This document shows positions 1 through 9,596 of a stretch of DNA of 35,849 nt, one piece after another. Each line of letters starts with the position of its first letter. Within the stretch, counting starts at the first letter, position 1. A program made the translations under genes and the position numbers. Below the pieces are notes generated by a model. That model was not told the origin of the DNA. It saw nothing but the letters and a program-made list of their open reading frames with translations, and searched no databases. The stretch lies in contig CANKTS010000001.1 of NCBI GenBank assembly GCA_947486485.1, forward strand, positions 1 through 35,849. The letters are read 5' to 3'. Source of the stretch: Actinomycetota bacterium. GTDB lineage: Bacteria; Actinomycetota; Actinomycetes; Nanopelagicales; Nanopelagicaceae.

Positions 1-1
1 C

Positions 2-460
2 ATTGAACGAACTGAAGAGATAGCACTTGATCAAATTGCACCCCTTAAACACTCACCTGCTACTAAAGGTGGCGCAATTACTAAGGCAGCAACTGAGGTT
101 GGGCTAACAGTTGGAGCGAAGTTTTTAGTTGCATTTACCCAAAGCGGAGACTCGGCAAGAAGAATGTCCAGACTTCGCTCACCAATTCCAATGTTGGCAC
201 TAACTCCAGAGATTGGTACTTATAACAGGCTAGCCCTTTCCTGGGGCGTTGAGTCGATGATTACTTCCGTAGTAAGTCATACCGATGAAATGGTTATGCA
301 GGTTGATAGTATTTTAATTGAATCTAAACGAGTTAAAATCGGCGACTTAGTTTTAATTGTGGCTGGCTCACCTCCTGGTATTCCTGGCTCAATCAATGCT
401 ATGCGAGTGCACAAAATTGGCGATGCAGTTGGCGGCGTTGCGCCTGCGTATCGTAAGTAA
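2..460 (+). CDS. pyk: Pyruvate kinase, C-terminal part (5' truncated by the window edge)
   Basis: Frame is open from base 2 (IERTEEIAL...TKGGAITKAA...VAFTQSGDSARRMSRLR...LALSWGV...GSPPGIPGSINAMRVH), matching the pyruvate kinase C domain. The ORF-track start at 164 is internal. Confidence 0.93.
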   Translation: MERTEEIALDQIAPLKHSPATKGGAITKAATEVGLTVGAKFLVAFTQSGDSARRMSRLRSPIPMLALTPEIGTYNRLALSWGVESMITSVVSHTDEMVMQVDSILIESKRVKIGDLVLIVAGSPPGIPGSINAMRVHKIGDAVGGVAPAYRK

Positions 461-504
461 TTTCGTATAAAAAAGTAACCACTATAAACTCAGACTCTCT
501 ATAC

Positions 505-577
505 GCCTCGGTACTCCAACGGTAGAGAGGACGGTCTCAAAAACCGTATAGTGTCGGTTCGAATCCGACTCGAGGCA
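505..577 (+). tRNA. tRNA-Leu(CAA), short variable loop, CCA not encoded
   Basis: Acceptor GCCTCGG/TCGAGGC plus A73; D arm CTC..GGTA..GAG; anticodon stem ACGGT/ACCGT with loop CTCAAAA; T arm GTCGG-TTCGAAT-CCGAC. Confidence 0.96.
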
Positions 578-578
578 C

Positions 579-1169
579 ATGAATACAAAAGAGCAGAAAA
601 TTAAGATCTTAGTTGCCGAAGATGAAACCATCATTCGTCTAGATCTAGTTGAGATGTTAACTGAGGCTGGTTATGAGGTTGTTGCTCAAGCAGAAAATGG
701 GGCAGTGGCAATCGAATTAGCTAAGCAACATAAGCCCGACCTTGCGATCTTGGATGTGAAGATGCCGGAGGTTGATGGCATAACCGCGGCTGAGCAAATC
801 ATCTCTATTGCTCCAGTTCTGATGTTAACTGCATTTAGCCAACGCGAGTTAGTTGAGCGAGCACGCGATGCAGGCGTAATGGCATATGTGGTTAAGCCAT
901 TTTCAATTAATGATCTAGTTCCAGCAATTGAGATTGCAATTAGTCGCCACCGCCAAATGAAGAGCCTGGAGGCAGAGGTTGCCGATATATACGAAAGGCT
1001 TGAAACTCGTAAAATTATCGATCGGGCCAAAGGTATTTTGATGAAAGCAATGAATTTATCGGAGCCAGAGAGTTTTAGTTGGATTCAAAAAACTGCAATG
1101 GATCGTAGAATTTCGATGAAAGATGTTGCTAAGGCAGTAATTTCACCAGATGCCGCTCCTGATAAATAG
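579..1169 (+). CDS. pdtaR: REC-ANTAR response regulator (PdtaR-like)
   Basis: Receiver motifs VAEDE, LAILDVKMP, YVVKPF; C-terminal ANTAR motif LETRKIIDRAKGILM...AMDRRISMKDVA; usual actinobacterial pyk/tRNA-Leu/polA context. Confidence 0.9.
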   Translation: MNTKEQKIKILVAEDETIIRLDLVEMLTEAGYEVVAQAENGAVAIELAKQHKPDLAILDVKMPEVDGITAAEQIISIAPVLMLTAFSQRELVERARDAGVMAYVVKPFSINDLVPAIEIAISRHRQMKSLEAEVADIYERLETRKIIDRAKGILMKAMNLSEPESFSWIQKTAMDRRISMKDVAKAVISPDAAPDK

Positions 1170-1174
1170 ATTTA

Positions 1175-1579
1175 CTATCTATCAGCCAAGATCAAACAGG
1201 TAATCCGAGCAGTGCAGGTTCGCTCACCTTTATCATTAGTTATTACAATTTCGTAGCAGCAAAGTGTTTTTCCTAAGGTAATAGCTGTAGCAACTGCTGT
1301 GACAATTCCACTAGTTGCCGACTTATGGTGAGTCGCACTTATATCTATGCCCACAACTTTGCGGTCTGGTCCAGCATGAAGCTGAGTACCAACAGAACCA
1401 AGAGTTTCAGCTAAAACAACATTTGCACCACCGTGCAGTAATCCGATTGGTTGAGTATTGCCTTCAACCGGCATTGTTGCAACTAATCTTTTGGGAGAGG
1501 CTTCGATTATCTCGATACCCATCTTTTTATCTAGGGCACTGATACCGCGCTTACGAATTTCTGCCAGGAAATCACTCAT
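1175..1579 (-). CDS. PaaI/hotdog-fold thioesterase
   Basis: MPVEGNTQPIGLLHGGANVVLAETLGS...VGIDISATHH motif. Confidence 0.92.
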   Translation of the reverse strand: MSDFLAEIRKRGISALDKKMGIEIIEASPKRLVATMPVEGNTQPIGLLHGGANVVLAETLGSVGTQLHAGPDRKVVGIDISATHHKSATSGIVTAVATAITLGKTLCCYEIVITNDKGERTCTARITCLILADR

Positions 1580-1618
1580 GTTGTAAGTTTAACCTGTGTT
1601 GCCAATTAGAATCTCAAT
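1580..1618. promoter_or_regulatory. Divergent leaderless promoters for the thioesterase (-) and polA (+)
   Basis: + strand TAGAAT (1607-1612)-6 nt-ATG 1619; - strand TAAACT (1591-1586)-6 nt-ATG 1579; no SD. Confidence 0.75.
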
Positions 1619-4192
1619 ATGAGCACCAGCCTGAAGAGATTACTACTTATTGATGGCCATTCCATGGCATATCGGGCCTATTACGCATTGCCTGTAGAGA
1701 ATTTTAAGACCTCCTCAGGCCAACCAACTAATGCCATCTATGGATTTGCATCGATGTTAATCAACTTAATAAAAGAAGAGCAACCAACCCACATTGCAGT
1801 CGCCTTTGATGTTTCTAGGCGGACATTTAGAACTGAAAAATTTTCTGAATACAAAGCTAATCGAGCATCTACACCAGATGAGTTTCGCTCACAGCTTTCA
1901 CACATCAACGAGATGATTGATAGTTTTGGAATTAAGCACTTTGAATTAGAAGGTTTTGAAGCCGATGACATAATTGCAACCTTGGCAAAAGAAGCAGAGC
2001 GCAAAGGTTTCCAAACTTTGATTTGTACAGGTGATCGAGATTCATTTCAGCTCGTAAATGAGCAAACAACAGTCTTATACCCTAAAAAAGGAGTGACTGA
2101 AATGTCACGGATGACTCCAGATGCGGTATTAGAAAAGTATGGATTAACACCAAGCCAGTACCCAGATTTTGCTGCTTTGCGTGGAGACCCAAGTGATAAC
2201 CTGCCTTCAGTACCAGGAGTTGGTGAGAAGACTGCAACAAAATGGATTGTTGATTTTGGATCTCTTGCAAAATTATTAGAAAATACCGAGCAGATTGCCG
2301 GCAAAGTTGGTGAATCACTGAGAGCAAATATTGAAGCTGTTAAATTAAACCGAGAGCTAACTCATTTACTGGATGATTTAACGCTTTCTGCCACAGTTGA
2401 GGAATTAAGTTGGGCAGGCTTTGATGGTAATTTAATGAGTATTTTTTTTGAAAAGTTAGAGATTAGAGCCCTAAAAGAAAGACTCAAATCTCTGCCACAA
2501 ATAGGTGGAACACAAAGCAAAGAGATATCTTTAAAAATTACAGATATTACCGCAAAAGAATTAAATGCTTTATTTAAAGATCGCGTGGAACCAGTTGCTA
2601 TTTCCTTAGATTTAGTTGATGGTCAATTAATGGGGTATGCCGTAGCGATTAGTGGCGCTGAGATCTTTAATGTTACTGGCAAAGAAATAGGTGACTGGAT
2701 TTGTGATTTGAATCTGCCAAAGTATATGCATGGCGCTAAGTACGCAATAAAAAATCTCAAAATGGCAGGCTTAGTATCAGACATTGAATTATTGGCGTAT
2801 TTGGTTAATCCCGGTAGCAGGAATCTAGATTTATCAGATTTAGCAGAGCGACTATTAGGTGTTTCAACAAGTAATGAGGATCTATTTGCCAGTTTCGATC
2901 CTAAAAGTGCGGCATGGATTTTCACCTTGCAAAAGGAATTACAATCTGAATTAATAAAGAAAGGTATGAGTAATCTCTACTCAGATTTAGAGCAGCCAAC
3001 TCTCTTGCTACTTTCAAAGATTGAAGAGGTTGGAATTGCAGTAGACCAATATAAATTAAAATCGCTATCCTCATATTTCTCAAATGTGGTCGCTGATGAG
3101 ACCGCTGCTGCCCATCAAGAGGCAGGGCATGAGTTTAATGTTGGCTCACCTAAGCAACTCCAAGTCGTGTTATTTGATGAGTTAAAACTTCCTAAAACAA
3201 AGAAGATTAAGACTGGCTTTACTACAGATGCAGAGAGTTTAGAGTGGTTAGCTGTTAAGAGTAAACATCCAATACTCAAGCATTTGTTGCGAATAAGAGA
3301 GAGTAGCAAACTCTTTACAACAATTGAGGGACTAATCTCTGCAACACAATCTGATGGGCGCATTCACACTAATTTTCAACAAACAGTTGCGGCTACTGGG
3401 CGACTTTCATCTACTGAGCCAAATCTACAAAATATTCCAATTAGGACTGATGAGGGAAGACAAATAAGAGATTGCTTCATTGCTCAGTCACCTTTTACCG
3501 ATCTTTTAACTGCTGATTACAGTCAGATCGAAATGCGCATTATGGCTCATCTATCAGAGGATAAAGGATTAATCACCGCCTTTGAATCCGGGGAAGATCT
3601 GCACTCCACTGTTGCCTCTCAGGTTTTTGGAGTTAAAGCAGCTGAGGTAGATGCGCAGATGAGACGAACTATAAAGGCCATGTCATATGGATTGGCTTAT
3701 GGCTTATCTTCATTTGGATTAGCTAAGCAATTAGATATTGATCCGGTTTCAGCAGGTGAGTTGATGAATAAGTATTTTGAGAGATTTGGCGGGATTAGAG
3801 ATTATTTAAAGACTGTCGTTATAACTGCAAGAGAAAAAGGTTATACCGAAACAGTATTAGGGCGAAGACGTTATCTTCCTGATCTAAATCATGAAAATCG
3901 CCAGCGTCGAGAAATTGCTGAGCGAGCAGCGCTTAATGCACCAATTCAGGGATCGGCTGCAGATATTATAAAAATTGCAATGTTAAACGTTGAAAAAGAG
4001 ATAATTAAGAAAGATCTTCAATCTAGATTATTATTACAAGTTCATGATGAACTAATTCTTGAGGTTGCTCCTGGCGAGAAAGATTTACTTTCGGAGATTG
4101 TTAGCAAGCAAATGTCTAGTGCATATAAATTAAGAGTGCCACTTGATGTGAATATCGGATTTGGTAAGAGTTGGGATTTAGCAGCTCACTAG
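1619..4192 (+). CDS. polA: DNA polymerase I
   Basis: 5'-3' exonuclease LIDGHSMAYRA and EADD; polymerase motifs TGRLSSTEPNLQNIP, ADYSQIEMR, LQVHDEL. Confidence 0.98.
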   Translation: MSTSLKRLLLIDGHSMAYRAYYALPVENFKTSSGQPTNAIYGFASMLINLIKEEQPTHIAVAFDVSRRTFRTEKFSEYKANRASTPDEFRSQLSHINEMIDSFGIKHFELEGFEADDIIATLAKEAERKGFQTLICTGDRDSFQLVNEQTTVLYPKKGVTEMSRMTPDAVLEKYGLTPSQYPDFAALRGDPSDNLPSVPGVGEKTATKWIVDFGSLAKLLENTEQIAGKVGESLRANIEAVKLNRELTHLLDDLTLSATVEELSWAGFDGNLMSIFFEKLEIRALKERLKSLPQIGGTQSKEISLKITDITAKELNALFKDRVEPVAISLDLVDGQLMGYAVAISGAEIFNVTGKEIGDWICDLNLPKYMHGAKYAIKNLKMAGLVSDIELLAYLVNPGSRNLDLSDLAERLLGVSTSNEDLFASFDPKSAAWIFTLQKELQSELIKKGMSNLYSDLEQPTLLLLSKIEEVGIAVDQYKLKSLSSYFSNVVADETAAAHQEAGHEFNVGSPKQLQVVLFDELKLPKTKKIKTGFTTDAESLEWLAVKSKHPILKHLLRIRESSKLFTTIEGLISATQSDGRIHTNFQQTVAATGRLSSTEPNLQNIPIRTDEGRQIRDCFIAQSPFTDLLTADYSQIEMRIMAHLSEDKGLITAFESGEDLHSTVASQVFGVKAAEVDAQMRRTIKAMSYGLAYGLSSFGLAKQLDIDPVSAGELMNKYFERFGGIRDYLKTVVITAREKGYTETVLGRRRYLPDLNHENRQRREIAERAALNAPIQGSAADIIKIAMLNVEKEIIKKDLQSRLLLQVHDELILEVAPGEKDLLSEIVSKQMSSAYKLRVPLDVNIGFGKSWDLAAH

Positions 4193-5419
4193 TTATTTAT
4201 TTGTATTTAGATTAGCGCTAAGTGCGATAGTGGCTTCCTCCTCAGTTGGAATACGATCAGCTGCTTTTAACAAATTAGCACCACCCCTCATTATTAAATA
4301 CCCGATACCGACACATACTGTTGTTAGTGCTAAACAGTATCTAGGTGAGTACTGCTCTGAAATAAAACCACCTAAAGCTGCCCCTAGCGATGCAAATGTT
4401 CCCTCTACAGTCCATAACCAACCAAGTGCTGCAACTGCAGTTCCCTTTGGTCGAACAGCTTCACTAATTTCAAGGTAGAAAACTTGTAGACCACCTGCCA
4501 TTAAACTCATTACAGCGGTCACTATCATCATTGACCAGTCTGGATAGGTAAAAGCAAGCGGCAGGGAGAAGATGAACCAGTAAAAATAAATTCGCTTAAA
4601 AGCTGCAAATGAAGAGGTACGTTTAGACACCATACCGGCAACTAATCCACCTATTACGTTGCCAGCTGCCATAATTGCAAAAATTATGCCAGTCCTACCA
4701 GGTATATTCTCTATAGTTGTAAATGCTGGAACTGCGATATCAAATGCACCCCAGCCCAGTCCTATGAATACACCTTCACACATTAATAATTGCATTGCGG
4801 GAGTACGCCAAACTGCCAAATCCGACGAACTTTTTCTCTCTGGCTTCCACTTCTTAAGCTGTGGCGACATAGATAGTGCGGCTCCACCGATAAGTATTAA
4901 TAATGAACATATTCTTAACGAGATTTGTGGGCTGTAATTTAACGAAACAGTTGTAGCAACTAGTGGCCCAAATACTCCTACCGAGTTCATTACTGCGGTG
5001 TCAATTGCATATGCAGTTCTTATCTGCTCCTTAGGAACAGTCACCTTCCAAAGGGGCCTGATCGAAAGATTAATTGGGGGAGCAGAAAATCCAAGTAGGC
5101 CAGCAAATAGCACGAGCTCAGTCTTTGTTGAGCCGGTTGAAAAAAGCAAAATAAGTAAGGCATAACCTGGAGCAAAGAATCTCAATGGAATTTTCATTCC
5201 AAACTTATCAATTAATGTACCGCGTAATCCGGCAGTAGTTGCACCAGTAATTCCATTTACACCAGTTGCAAGCCCTGCAATGGCAATGGAGCCAGTTGAT
5301 TGTTGAACTTTAAAGAAAATACTCAGCGAGATCATTCCATAGGCCATTCGCGCAGGAAATGAGCTAATTAGAAGATATTGACCAGATTTATTACTTAAAA
5401 CTTGCGAATATCTGCTCAT
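4193..5419 (-). CDS. MFS transporter
   Basis: 408 aa with about 12 hydrophobic segments and motif A-like GTLIDKFG; substrate unknown. Confidence 0.85.
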   Translation of the reverse strand: MSRYSQVLSNKSGQYLLISSFPARMAYGMISLSIFFKVQQSTGSIAIAGLATGVNGITGATTAGLRGTLIDKFGMKIPLRFFAPGYALLILLFSTGSTKTELVLFAGLLGFSAPPINLSIRPLWKVTVPKEQIRTAYAIDTAVMNSVGVFGPLVATTVSLNYSPQISLRICSLLILIGGAALSMSPQLKKWKPERKSSSDLAVWRTPAMQLLMCEGVFIGLGWGAFDIAVPAFTTIENIPGRTGIIFAIMAAGNVIGGLVAGMVSKRTSSFAAFKRIYFYWFIFSLPLAFTYPDWSMMIVTAVMSLMAGGLQVFYLEISEAVRPKGTAVAALGWLWTVEGTFASLGAALGGFISEQYSPRYCLALTTVCVGIGYLIMRGGANLLKAADRIPTEEEATIALSANLNTNK

Positions 5420-5431
5420 TTGCGCATTGTA
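5420..5431 (-). promoter_or_regulatory. Leaderless -10 element for the MFS gene
   Basis: TACAAT-gcgcaa-ATG on the - strand. Confidence 0.7.
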
Positions 5432-5523
5432 GACCTGATCAGTTTGACCCTAAGGACTAATCGAAAGTAACCTTACCCGTCCCTGTCCCTACTAGTGTTT
5501 TACCCTCGGAGTACACCTACCTA

Positions 5524-6867
5524 ATGACCCCCTCTCAAATTGCTGTAAATGATATTGGATCTGCAGAAGATTTTTTAGCCGCTATCGAAGGCACAATCAA
5601 GAATTTTAATGATGGAGATTTAGTTTCTGGAATTGTTGTCCAAATTGATCGCGAAGAAGTTTTACTTGATATTGGTTATAAAACAGAGGGTGTAATTCCA
5701 TCCCGTGAGCTATCTATTCGCAACGATGTAGCTCCGAGTGAATTGGTAAAGGTTGGCGATCGCATTGAGGCATTAGTTTTACAAAAAGAGGATAAAGAAG
5801 GTCGGTTAATTCTTTCTAAAAAGCGCGCGCAATATGAAAAAGCATGGGGCGATGTTGAAGGAAAGAAAGAGCGTGATGAGGTTGTTACTGGAACAGTTAT
5901 TGAAGTTGTAAAGGGCGGCCTAATTGTTGATATTGGACTACGAGGATTCCTGCCTGCTTCGCTAGTTGAGATGCGAAGAGTTCGCGACCTAACTCCATAT
6001 ATTGGTCAAGAGGTTGAGTGCAGAATTATTGAATTAGATAAGAATCGAAACAACGTTGTGCTATCACGCAGAGCATTTCTGGAGCAGAGTCAATCTGCTT
6101 CACGTACAACATTCCTTAATCAACTACAAAAAGGTCAGGTTCGCTCTGGCGTTATCTCATCTATTGTGAACTTCGGTGCATTTGTTGACCTTGGTGGTGT
6201 TGATGGATTAGTGCATGTCTCTGAACTTTCATGGAAACATATTGATCATCCATCTGAGGTAGTAGAGGTTGGCAATGAGGTAACTGTTGAAGTTCTAGAG
6301 ATTGATTTTGAAAGAGAGCGCGTTTCACTTTCACTTAAGGCAACTCAAGAAGATCCATGGCAAGCATTTGCTCGCACTCACACAATTAATCAGGTTGTTC
6401 CGGGTGAGGTTACAAAATTAGTTCCATTTGGTGCATTCATAAAAGTATTTGAAGGCATTGAAGGATTAGTGCATATCTCAGAACTTGCCGAGCGCCATGT
6501 TGAAATTCCAGAGCAGGTAGTACAAGCTGGCGATAAATTATTTGTAAAAATCATTGATATTGATCTAGAACGTCGTCGTATATCGCTTTCATTAAAGCAA
6601 GCAAATGAAGGCCAAGAGATAGAGGTTGAAGCTTTCGACCCTACTCAATATGGAATGCCTGCTCGTTATGATGCTGAAGGTAAATTTATTTATCCAGAAG
6701 GCTTTAACTCTGACACACAAGAGTGGCAGCCAGGATATGAGAGTCAACGTGAAGAGTGGGAGCGCCAGTACGCAGAAGCGCAAACACGTTTTATGGCTCA
6801 CAAGAAGCAAAAGGCTGAGGCCAAAGCCGCCGATGCTGCTGCCCCTGCCGCACCAGCTGCAGAGTAA
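5524..6867 (+). CDS. rpsA: 30S ribosomal protein S1
   Basis: QIAVNDIGSAEDFLAAI N-terminus; four S1 repeats (DIGYKTEG, GFLPAS, FGAFVDLGGVDGLVHVSELSW, GLVHISEL). Confidence 0.98.
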   Translation: MTPSQIAVNDIGSAEDFLAAIEGTIKNFNDGDLVSGIVVQIDREEVLLDIGYKTEGVIPSRELSIRNDVAPSELVKVGDRIEALVLQKEDKEGRLILSKKRAQYEKAWGDVEGKKERDEVVTGTVIEVVKGGLIVDIGLRGFLPASLVEMRRVRDLTPYIGQEVECRIIELDKNRNNVVLSRRAFLEQSQSASRTTFLNQLQKGQVRSGVISSIVNFGAFVDLGGVDGLVHVSELSWKHIDHPSEVVEVGNEVTVEVLEIDFERERVSLSLKATQEDPWQAFARTHTINQVVPGEVTKLVPFGAFIKVFEGIEGLVHISELAERHVEIPEQVVQAGDKLFVKIIDIDLERRRISLSLKQANEGQEIEVEAFDPTQYGMPARYDAEGKFIYPEGFNSDTQEWQPGYESQREEWERQYAEAQTRFMAHKKQKAEAKAADAAAPAAPAAE

Positions 6868-6882
6868 GTATTTAACTAAATT

Positions 6883-6911
6883 TGGCCTCAGAAATCTGAG
6901 GCCATTTTTTT
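6883..6911 (+). terminator. Intrinsic terminator after rpsA
   Basis: TGGCCTCAGA-AA-TCTGAGGCCA inverted repeat followed by T7. Confidence 0.9.
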
Positions 6912-6930
6912 ATTGTGTAGGGTTTAACTT

Positions 6931-7527
6931 ATGTTAACGATCGCTCTAACTGGTGGAATCGGCTCTGGTAAAACGGCAGTCGGTGAGATTCTTGCTAATT
7001 TTGGTGCGGTAGTAATTGATTCTGATCAGTTAGCACGGCAGGTTGTAGAACGTGGCACGGCAGGTTTTGATCAAATAGTTGCCCAATTTGGTGATGAGAT
7101 TTTAAAAAATGGTGATCTAGATAGAACAGCCCTAGCATCTTTAATATTTACTGACCCCAAAAAACGGTTGGAATTAGAGCAGATTACTCACCCATTAATT
7201 CGCCAAGAATTTGCAAAAATTATTAAGTCACTACCTGAAGATGCGATTGTAGTTAATCAAATTCCGCTTTTAGTTGAATCCAAGCATGATTATAAGTTCG
7301 ACTATATTGTCACTGTATCTACCTCAGAAGAAATAAGAGTGGCAAGACTGTTAAAGCGTGGGCTAACTAAGGATCAGATTACTAAGCGCATGCAGGCTCA
7401 AGCAACTGACTCTGAGCGAGAAGTAATTGCTGATTTGATAATTAAAAATGAAAAGAGCGAAGAGGAGCTGTTTACTCAAGTTGAAAAATTATGGGAGCTT
7501 TTGCAATCTAAAAATAAGGCTAAATAA
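6931..7527 (+). CDS. coaE: Dephospho-CoA kinase
   Basis: [13 protein letters not shown]-loop, [22 protein letters not shown]; TAGGGT-7 nt-ATG leaderless start. Confidence 0.95.
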   Translation: MLTIALTGGIGSGKTAVGEILANFGAVVIDSDQLARQVVERGTAGFDQIVAQFGDEILKNGDLDRTALASLIFTDPKKRLELEQITHPLIRQEFAKIIKSLPEDAIVVNQIPLLVESKHDYKFDYIVTVSTSEEIRVARLLKRGLTKDQITKRMQAQATDSEREVIADLIIKNEKSEEELFTQVEKLWELLQSKNKAK

Positions 7528-9596
7528 TGAGACCGATTACTGACTTAGCCCGTAGGGTAAACCCGTTTGAGGTGATTAGCGATTATGTGCCAGCAGGTGA
7601 TCAGCCAACTGCAATTACTGAATTAGTTGCCAGATTAGCAAAAGGTGAGCAGGATGTAGTTTTGCTGGGTGCCACTGGAACTGGAAAATCAGCCACTACT
7701 GCTTGGTTAATTGAGCAGGTACAAAGACCTACTTTGGTAATGGCTCCTAATAAGACATTGGCTGCTCAACTAGCAAATGAGTTTAAAGAGCTATTACCAA
7801 ATAATGCAGTTGAGTACTTTGTTTCTTATTATGACTATTACCAGCCAGAGGCCTATGTTCCGCAGACTGATACTTTTATTGAGAAGGACTCATCAGTTAA
7901 TGATGAGGTTGAAAGACTTCGTCACTCTGCTACAAACTCCTTACTTACTCGCAGAGATGTAATTGTGGTTGCCACCGTCTCTTGTATATATGGATTAGGT
8001 ACGCCGCAGGAGTATGTCGACCGGATGGTTAGATTAAAGGTTGGGGATTCAATCGATCGCAACCAATTACTACGTAAGTTTGTAGATATTCAATATAAAC
8101 GTAATGACATGGCATTTGAGCGAGGGACTTTTCGGGTTCGAGGCGACACAATCGAAATAATCCCTATGTATGAGGAGTTAGCGCTTCGAATCGAGATGTT
8201 TGGTGATGAGATTGAAAAAATTATGACGCTGCATCCACTTACTGGAGAGATCGTTAGAGATGAGAGCGAGATGTATGTCTTCCCAGCTACTCACTATGCA
8301 GCAGGCCCTGAAACGATGGTGCGTGCAATTGGAGAGATTGAAGCCGAACTTGAAAAGCGGGTTGATGAGTTTGAACGAGCAGGAAAATTACTCGAAGCGC
8401 AACGGATTAAAATGCGAACAACCTTTGATATTGAGATGATGCAGCAATTAGGTTTCTGTTCTGGAATTGAGAATTATTCTCGTCAATTAGATGGTAGAGC
8501 ACCCGGCTCCGCGCCAAACTGCTTGTTAGATTACTTTCCAGAGGATTTTTTGGTAGTAATTGATGAATCTCATGTGACTGTGCCGCAGATCGGGGCAATG
8601 CATGAAGGAGATGCTGCTAGAAAGCGCACATTAGTTGAACACGGTTTTCGACTGCCCAGCGCTATGGATAACAGACCGCTTAAGTTTGCGGAGTTCTTAG
8701 ATCGTTGCGGGCAGAAGGTTTATCTATCTGCTACACCTGGAAAGTATGAACTAGAGAAAACTAATAATGATGTGGTTGAACAGGTTATTAGGCCAACTGG
8801 ATTAGTTGATCCAAAAATAGTGGTCAAACCAATTAAGGGCCAGATTGATGATCTGGTAAGTGAGATCAGAATAAGAGCAGAGAAAAATGAGCGAGTCTTA
8901 GTTACAACTCTTACCAAAAAGATGTCAGAGGACTTAACTGATTATATGTTGGGACTCGGAGTAAAGGTTAGGTATTTGCACTCTGAGGTTGATACATTGC
9001 GTAGAGTCGAATTATTACGGGAGCTACGTACCGGAGAATATGATGTATTAATCGGTATTAACTTACTTCGTGAGGGCTTAGATTTGCCAGAGGTTTCACT
9101 AGTTGCAATCTTAGATGCTGATAAAGAGGGTTTCCTTAGATCAACTACATCACTTATTCAAACAATTGGTAGAGCAGCACGAAATGTTTCCGGTGAAGTA
9201 CATATGTATGCAGATAATATGACTAACTCAATGACTCGAGCAATTGATGAAACAAATCGCAGACGTGCTAAACAAGTGGCCTACAACACCGAACATGGGA
9301 TAGATCCAACTCCACTACGTAAGCGGATCGCAGATATCACAGATTTAATAGCGAAAGAGATAGATGACACAGAGGATTTAGCAGCATCTACAAAGAAGAT
9401 CGGCTTTACTAGTGGCATTACAAATAGGAGTTCTCACTCACTTCCTCGCCAGGAATTGATTGCTTTGATTGAATCACTAACTGAGCAGATGAAGTCAGCA
9501 GCAGCCGAGCTTAGTTTTGAGTTAGCAGCAAGGCTACGAGATGAGATCAGAGAGCTAAAGCGAGAGTTAAAAGGTATGCAGGAGGCTGGCAACTAA
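7527..9596 (+). CDS. uvrB: Excinuclease ABC subunit B
   Basis: [44 protein letters not shown]-terminal UVR domain. Confidence 0.99.
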   Translation: MRPITDLARRVNPFEVISDYVPAGDQPTAITELVARLAKGEQDVVLLGATGTGKSATTAWLIEQVQRPTLVMAPNKTLAAQLANEFKELLPNNAVEYFVSYYDYYQPEAYVPQTDTFIEKDSSVNDEVERLRHSATNSLLTRRDVIVVATVSCIYGLGTPQEYVDRMVRLKVGDSIDRNQLLRKFVDIQYKRNDMAFERGTFRVRGDTIEIIPMYEELALRIEMFGDEIEKIMTLHPLTGEIVRDESEMYVFPATHYAAGPETMVRAIGEIEAELEKRVDEFERAGKLLEAQRIKMRTTFDIEMMQQLGFCSGIENYSRQLDGRAPGSAPNCLLDYFPEDFLVVIDESHVTVPQIGAMHEGDAARKRTLVEHGFRLPSAMDNRPLKFAEFLDRCGQKVYLSATPGKYELEKTNNDVVEQVIRPTGLVDPKIVVKPIKGQIDDLVSEIRIRAEKNERVLVTTLTKKMSEDLTDYMLGLGVKVRYLHSEVDTLRRVELLRELRTGEYDVLIGINLLREGLDLPEVSLVAILDADKEGFLRSTTSLIQTIGRAARNVSGEVHMYADNMTNSMTRAIDETNRRRAKQVAYNTEHGIDPTPLRKRIADITDLIAKEIDDTEDLAASTKKIGFTSGITNRSSHSLPRQELIALIESLTEQMKSAAAELSFELAARLRDEIRELKRELKGMQEAGN

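Noticed and set aside
481-600. Possible integrated element at the tRNA
   Set aside because: No integrase, no duplicated tRNA 3' end seen, and the flanking synteny is intact.
2500-3000. Degenerate 3'-5' exonuclease region of PolA
   Set aside because: Loss of proofreading residues is ordinary for actinobacterial Pol I.
6811-6864. Ala/Pro-rich low-complexity tail of RpsA
   Set aside because: A common acidic/Ala-rich tail, not a DNA repeat element.
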